Shown here: in pieces, positions 32,795 through 37,909 of the stretch
How the letters are laid out: each line of letters opens with the position of its first letter
Position numbering within the stretch: the first letter of the stretch is position 1
IMG/VR virus record: IMGVR_UViG_3300022933_000012
Coordinates: 1 to 37,909 of that record
Length of the DNA: 37,909 nt
Strand: one strand, 5' to 3'
Source of the DNA: a virus
Lineage: Duplodnaviria; Caudoviricetes
Position numbers and translations under genes: made by a program
Notes under the pieces: model-generated
What the model was told of the DNA's origin: nothing
The model's input: only the letters and a program-made list of their open reading frames with translations
The model's database searches: none

Positions 32795-34474
32795 TTAAAT
32801 ATCGTCTAACACGAGGACAGCATCATATTTGGCCATGCCACCTTGTTTGTCTATCTTGGTTATCATGAGTTTGTACCCACGGGGAAGTAATATCTCCGCC
32901 TCGTGCGCAAAAGTGGACAGCCCGGCTATGGGGCCCACTTTAGCCCCGGTGGGGATGGTGATGTTATATGAGACGTTACCAAATCCTATGTCAACTATCC
33001 TAGTAGTTGTGGAGCCATAAGCGTCATCAGTCACAATGTCACCCACTTTGTGTCCCAAGTCCTTATGTCTGCTCCTGTACACTTTAAAGGGAGCAATGGT
33101 TGGGGGCCTGGCATCTATGAAATCGTCTATGTGGCCAACGTAGAGTTTGATTTGGGGTTGGTCAATAATGGGAACTACTTTCCCTCGTAAGTGTTTATTG
33201 ATAATATTGAATGCTGTAGAAGTGTACTTATTGACGGAGTTGAAAATGTCCTCTCCTACAGCATCCCTTCTGAGCGGCATCTTGCCCGTGACTTCTCGCA
33301 CTAATCGGGTATGATCATCTACGCCCTCCGTTCCCGCCGAATTCAAAATCTCGACTTTGGCGGGTTTGGCGGGTTTGGCTGGCTTGGGTATTTCACCATA
33401 CTTCAATTTAAGCTGGGCCACAGTGAGGGGGTTGCCCATTGCGTTGGTCAAATCCTTAAACCCAATTTTCTTGGCTTTCCATAATTCAAATTTGCCCGGG
33501 CCCAAAACTTCTTTTTGAAATTCTTGGCCCTTGGATTCTAGCCAGTCTTCGTAGCTGATCTTAGAGCTCACTTGCCCGTCCATGCTAGACCGGGTAGAAG
33601 CTGGTATTTCATCAAATTTGCGCTTAGAACCAAGCTCTTCCCAAGATTTTAGTACCGGGACTTGGGTGGAGCGGCAGTTCCAATGGGCCGTGGGGCCGGG
33701 AAATGTCTGCCTGTTGGGGGCCTGCGGTTTATGCTCCGGAACGGTCCATTTTTTGCCATCTAATCCTTGACAGGTTGAGCTGGTGCGAGAGTCTAGGGTA
33801 GACACCCATTCAATATACTTTACAATATCATGGTTGGCGTTATACGTTCGCATCCTAGCTTCGTTGGCCACCACCTGCACTGAGGTTCTGACTAGAGCTT
33901 CCGCCTTGTTTCTGGCTGTCTGCATCAGGCCGTCTTTATATCGCAGGGCTTCCGTACCAGCCACCAACTTCACAATATTACTGGTGGTTTCGCCCGATAG
34001 CATGGATTGTCGTATAATATTCTTAAACCCACTCTGGAGAGAGGTTGCTTGACTAGACCACCACTCTCGGCTGGGGGCACCTTGAATAAGGGTGTTTGAG
34101 GCAATGGCCCCCAACGTCTGGTCAGACATCCCAACACTGAGGACTTTTGCCTTGATAGACCCGTTTATTGCCCCCACTGCTTGAGTTTCGGCAATCCCAG
34201 CCACGCTGGACATATTCGTGGCTTCTTTAGCATCTATTTTGGCGTAGGCTTCTTTTATTGTCTTTTTTGTTTGTACTAATAAAGTCTGCATTCGCTTGCG
34301 CTGAAGAGGCACATTGTTTGCTTCCAGACCCGCATTTTTGAGCTTCTTGACGAGGTCTTTTTCCAAAATTTTCAACTGTTTAATGACATCCACCCGCAGA
34401 GACGCCTCCAGCCGAGTTAAATCGACTGAGTGCCCCGTTATGGCATCAAGTATTTTGTCGTTGACAGTTGTCAT
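32795..34474 (-). CDS. MuF/SPP1 gp7-like minor head protein with C-terminal ADP-ribosyltransferase domain
   Basis: MuF motifs LVRT, W.STLDSRTS..C..LDG, P.AHWNCRS; PAK linker; ART motifs YT...F..IN..LR, VYR, STT and EAEILLPRG. Confidence 0.85.
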   Translation of the reverse strand: MTTVNDKILDAITGHSVDLTRLEASLRVDVIKQLKILEKDLVKKLKNAGLEANNVPLQRKRMQTLLVQTKKTIKEAYAKIDAKEATNMSSVAGIAETQAVGAINGSIKAKVLSVGMSDQTLGAIASNTLIQGAPSREWWSSQATSLQSGFKNIIRQSMLSGETTSNIVKLVAGTEALRYKDGLMQTARNKAEALVRTSVQVVANEARMRTYNANHDIVKYIEWVSTLDSRTSSTCQGLDGKKWTVPEHKPQAPNRQTFPGPTAHWNCRSTQVPVLKSWEELGSKRKFDEIPASTRSSMDGQVSSKISYEDWLESKGQEFQKEVLGPGKFELWKAKKIGFKDLTNAMGNPLTVAQLKLKYGEIPKPAKPAKPAKVEILNSAGTEGVDDHTRLVREVTGKMPLRRDAVGEDIFNSVNKYTSTAFNIINKHLRGKVVPIIDQPQIKLYVGHIDDFIDARPPTIAPFKVYRSRHKDLGHKVGDIVTDDAYGSTTTRIVDIGFGNVSYNITIPTGAKVGPIAGLSTFAHEAEILLPRGYKLMITKIDKQGGMAKYDAVLVLDDI

Positions 34475-34476
34475 GA

Positions 34477-35781
34477 CTAAACCTCGTCTGGTAGTCCTGT
34501 TTGAACGTCTATGCGGTCTCTCTCTTCCTCAATGCTAACATCAGGGGGAATAATCTCACCCCGTTTCATATTATATAATAAAGACTCGTGGCTTATTGCA
34601 CCAGACTGCCACAACCCCATCAATGATGTCATCTCGTCAGAACCTATCACACTATTTGCAAAATCAGTGTTGAGAGTAATTTGCATTTCGGCTGAGCCAG
34701 CCCATTCTGCCATCAGGGCCAGAGATTTGTTTAGTCCTTCCTCAACGGATTTTACCGCTCGCATAAGGACGGATGTCTCGGAATTTTGACGAAGCTTCAC
34801 GGTTTCGGTTGCCTCGACGCCATTCTTTTGGCCCTCCAGAAGCTGCGCCCCCAGACTGGCCATCATAGACCGCTTTTGTTCCATTGCTGTGTCTAGGGCG
34901 GCCAAACCATTTCCGCTAAACTCTAAATACCCGGCCCTAGATGACGAGTCAGGCAGGACCCAAGCCGACTCTGCGCCAATGGACAACTCGGAATCTACAT
35001 CTACCCCGGTTACATAAGGAGTTGGCAGGGCCGTGAAATGACGGCCATGTTCTAAATCTGCAGACGTTCGATAGTGGGATAGGTTCATGTCTGCTAGGTT
35101 CAGTAAAGGTGGCGATTTGGGGTTCATGTGAGATCCGTCAACGCTTATGGGGACAAAGGGTATCTCTTCCAAACTTCTGCCCCGGTTGCTGGGGATTATT
35201 TCATCATAAACGGCCCACTTGCCTTTAATTTCGCGCCAAATCCTAACTATGTATGTGTTTTCCTCAATCAATAACTCCCGATATTGGGTCTCGTATGTTG
35301 AATCATACATATCATCGGGGTTAATTTCCCGATACTGCTCCATTAGAACATTTCGGTCATCTAGCCAGTTGGTCATTTGCTCAGTCGGATATCCCACTAG
35401 ATAGGGCCTAGACCCGTCATGCTCGACCAACACACCCTGACGACCAGTCAGTAACTGCTCAATAAGCATGTAATATATGAAATCAGAGAGGCCCATGCCT
35501 GTGGTGGTTATGTTATCTTCCCATTCTTCTGGGACACCCTCAATAATAGGGTCAATTCGCATCACTGCCCCGGCCAAACCGTGAACGGTTCTTTTAACAG
35601 TGTTATAAAAATTGGCTCGCTTCATATATGCTGCATACGAAGAATCGCTCTGCTTAGATAACTTGGGCAGGTATTCGGTTTTTTTATCCTTGACAGCATC
35701 TTCGCCATCATATGTGTCCCGGCATCTGGCCCACTGAACTTCTTTTTCTTTGTAACGAGGGTGTTTGCTTTCTATGCTCAT
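34477..35781 (-). CDS. Portal protein (DUF4055-like)
   Basis: 434 aa after TerL; YLPK, Y..RA.FYN, IPFV, PPLL.LA.MNL.HY..SAD. Confidence 0.88.
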   Translation of the reverse strand: MSIESKHPRYKEKEVQWARCRDTYDGEDAVKDKKTEYLPKLSKQSDSSYAAYMKRANFYNTVKRTVHGLAGAVMRIDPIIEGVPEEWEDNITTTGMGLSDFIYYMLIEQLLTGRQGVLVEHDGSRPYLVGYPTEQMTNWLDDRNVLMEQYREINPDDMYDSTYETQYRELLIEENTYIVRIWREIKGKWAVYDEIIPSNRGRSLEEIPFVPISVDGSHMNPKSPPLLNLADMNLSHYRTSADLEHGRHFTALPTPYVTGVDVDSELSIGAESAWVLPDSSSRAGYLEFSGNGLAALDTAMEQKRSMMASLGAQLLEGQKNGVEATETVKLRQNSETSVLMRAVKSVEEGLNKSLALMAEWAGSAEMQITLNTDFANSVIGSDEMTSLMGLWQSGAISHESLLYNMKRGEIIPPDVSIEEERDRIDVQTGLPDEV

Positions 35782-35782
35782 T

Positions 35783-37024
35783 TTAAATTCCCACCACTTT
35801 GGCTATTTGAGGTTTTCTATTTACCACAGGATATTTCCTATGGATAAAGTACCCGCCAGAATCTGGCAAGTGGTCGTGACCGGAACTTTTGTCCGGGTCT
35901 CCGTTATCTGTGTATGTCTGCTGTTCCAAGCACAACGCGTATTCCGGGCATAGCTCAACGTTGACCAGATATTTGCCAGTTACGAACGCGCTGTTCATGG
36001 AAATCACCCGGTCCCGCACAAAAGGGTTGGCTTTGGGCGCGTCTACTTTGAAATTTGCTTGCTTCAATAGAGAAATATCTGATTCGCTGGCGTTGTTTGA
36101 TTTGCGACTATTGCCACTGGCGTCCGGGTAAACGACTATAGAGGACCCCGGGTATCTCTCTTTGATAGTTCTGATCATGGCCGGGGTGTCTAGGACTTTG
36201 GTTATCTCATTTACCGCCAAGGCTTGGCCAGCCCGTATAACGTGGACGACTGCAGACATATTGCCCACGTTAAAGTCCATACCAATATGTACTGGTTCGC
36301 CAGAGGTTCGGTCCCACTCAGCCGGGGTGTGATGTTCAACCCGGTCAAACGAATCATAGACTGAACCTGTAGTCAGGTTGACGAATTTGCCTTCAATGTA
36401 CGCCTCCACCAAGTTTGGCGGGTAACTGTCCATCAAGCCTTTGATGTAGTCATCAGGCAAGAATGGGTTGGCGCGGGTCGATACTCGGATATAATTATAA
36501 TCCGGGCCCGGGTTCTTTTCCCATCGATCATAGGCAAAATTGAATCCTTCCGGGGTCGTGTATGCCGAGACTTGGTTGGTCAAGCCTTCTGCCTTAAAAC
36601 GGTTACGGGCTATGATCTTCTGCCACACTGCTTCTGCGTGTTTGTGCCTTAAAGTGTCTATTTCGTCCACATGACTTCTGAAGGATTCATAGCCCACGAT
36701 ACGAGCCGGGTTGTCCAAAGTCCTTAATATGAATTGACCATACTTTTTGGTATAGATGATATTTTCGGACTTATTATAAGTGTATTGAATCTTATATTCG
36801 TCAAGCTTCTCCTCCAGCCGTGGGGCTAAGATAAGCCGAACAAGGTCATACGTGGGCTCGTAACAGGCAACAGGACCTTGGGGGCATAGGAGTTTGTCAG
36901 CAATGGCCCTTTGAACCAACACTTCAGTTTTGCCCGAACCAAACCCACCTATGAAGGCGGGATATTTGCAAGCAAGGTTGTGGAAATCTAGCTGGGGGCT
37001 AGTTACCGTAAAATCGAGGTTCAC
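35783..37024 (-). CDS. terL: Terminase large subunit
   Basis: Walker A GGFGSGKT, Walker B HVDEID, TTPEG, nuclease GMDFN, DHLPD..GY. Confidence 0.93.
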   Translation of the reverse strand: MNLDFTVTSPQLDFHNLACKYPAFIGGFGSGKTEVLVQRAIADKLLCPQGPVACYEPTYDLVRLILAPRLEEKLDEYKIQYTYNKSENIIYTKKYGQFILRTLDNPARIVGYESFRSHVDEIDTLRHKHAEAVWQKIIARNRFKAEGLTNQVSAYTTPEGFNFAYDRWEKNPGPDYNYIRVSTRANPFLPDDYIKGLMDSYPPNLVEAYIEGKFVNLTTGSVYDSFDRVEHHTPAEWDRTSGEPVHIGMDFNVGNMSAVVHVIRAGQALAVNEITKVLDTPAMIRTIKERYPGSSIVVYPDASGNSRKSNNASESDISLLKQANFKVDAPKANPFVRDRVISMNSAFVTGKYLVNVELCPEYALCLEQQTYTDNGDPDKSSGHDHLPDSGGYFIHRKYPVVNRKPQIAKVVGI

Positions 37025-37482
37025 GGGTTTTTAGCCTCAACAACATGGAACGTGATGTTGTTAACTGGAGTGTCTTGGTCGTCCGAATATTCTTCGATAA
37101 ACTTGGACATTTCGCTCAATACACCTTTCATATTGGCCGCATCAAACTTCCGGGCGATAACCTGCTCACCTTCTTTATTTGCACCCAGTGGAACGGCAAC
37201 TTCACCCATCAACATGGGCATTAAATTCATGTATTGAACCATGACGTATTCTTTGGTTATATATCCAACTGTGGCTTGGTGTTGTTGTTCGGCATTTATA
37301 AAAGCTGCAGTAAGGGGGTGTCGCAACATTTTGAGACCTTGGGAGGGGTCTTGTCCAGCTTCAACAGCTGCGCTGCGATGGTCATAAGTGACTAAAAACG
37401 AATACGCAAAGGCTTTTTGGACAGCAGTTAAGTCATCCCAGCCGTTGGCTTGGTTGCGTTTGATGAGTTCTGGGTCTGTCAT
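37021..37482 (-). CDS. terS: Terminase small subunit
   Basis: LT..QKAF...F...D...AA..AG HTH pattern; immediately upstream of terL. Confidence 0.75.
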   Translation of the reverse strand: MTDPELIKRNQANGWDDLTAVQKAFAYSFLVTYDHRSAAVEAGQDPSQGLKMLRHPLTAAFINAEQQHQATVGYITKEYVMVQYMNLMPMLMGEVAVPLGANKEGEQVIARKFDAANMKGVLSEMSKFIEEYSDDQDTPVNNITFHVVEAKNP

Positions 37483-37483
37483 T

Positions 37484-37663
37484 CTACCTTCTGGTTATGA
37501 GCGGAATAAGCCAAGGGGCATTTAACTGCAAATCTTTAATGAGAGCACAATGGACCCGCTGGGCTATGGCTACAGGCGTGTTAAGTAGTTCTCTTTCTAG
37601 CCTCAATTCTCTCGCCTTTAACGAAGCTTGCGACTTGAGGTCGTATTCAGTTAAAGTCATCAT
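37484..37663 (-). CDS. Small hypothetical protein, probably leaderless
   Basis: MMTLTEYDLKSQ...; ATG lies 6 nt after TATAAT; stop abuts terS. Confidence 0.5.
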   Translation of the reverse strand: MMTLTEYDLKSQASLKARELRLERELLNTPVAIAQRVHCALIKDLQLNAPWLIPLITRR

Positions 37664-37669
37664 GATCAC

Positions 37670-37699
37670 ATTATAACACGAGAGGCGGTTCTTCTGCAA
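37670..37699 (-). promoter_or_regulatory. Late promoter heading the packaging/structural operon
   Basis: TTGCAG-18 bp-TATAAT with extended -10; same core as 31990-32019. Confidence 0.7.
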
Positions 37700-37865
37700 C
37701 TGTTCTGCCATATGGGGGGCAAAAAGGCACACGGTCCCATTTCCTGGGCCGCATGGTGGACCACCCACAGGCCGCGAAGGACGGGGCCTCTAGCCAAGTG
37801 GGGCCTCTCCCGGTCCGGGGGCCAGACTACTCCCGATATCGCTACAAAAAAATGCGGCGATTACG

Positions 37866-37909
37866 GTGGGGGGAGGGGGGGTATATTTTAAAAAAAAAAA
37901 AAAAAAAAG
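37866..37909. repeat. Right terminal G-run/TATTTT/A-run matching the left end
   Basis: See 1-55. Confidence 0.6.

Noticed and set aside
1-37909. Lysogeny module, tRNA/rRNA genes, introns or inteins, IS elements
   Set aside because: I recognised no integrase, repressor or transposase and saw no cloverleaf. Intergenic gaps are small, and the polymerase, helicase and terminase have ordinary uninterrupted lengths. A tRNAscan/Infernal run would confirm.

Overview
This window looks like an essentially complete ~37.9 kb lytic siphovirus-type phage genome. Both ends read into the same G-run/TATTTT/A-run locus, and I see no integrase or repressor. There are two converging arms. The + strand arm (305-13483) carries small early genes, an SNF2 helicase, SSB-like proteins, a family A DNA polymerase, a primase-helicase and nucleotide-metabolism genes. 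The - strand arm (37663-13492) carries terminase, portal, head, tail, tail fibre/adhesin and lysis genes. The main biology is a complete 2-aminoadenine (Z-genome) pathway: PurZ with GSTGKG and NFxN signatures, an HD-domain dATPase (DatZ), a dATP/dGTP diphosphohydrolase and a DpoZ-type polymerase with motif C HDS. The genome therefore probably carries Z in place of A. Less expected features: (1) the PurZ keeps a PurA-like Gly-Arg in its aspartate loop; (2) a MuF minor head protein carries a C-terminal ADP-ribosyltransferase; (3) two paralogous fibre-tip proteins look like circularly permuted MAM domains; (4) a lipoprotein-like ORF is overprinted on the endolysin; (5) there is a duplicated 39-bp GTCAC/GTGAC operator-like element, paired early and late promoter classes, and a leaderless late gene; (6) structured leaders precede the head genes; (7) the tail chaperone has a -1 frameshift site. 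All family assignments come from motif recognition by eye, without database searches.
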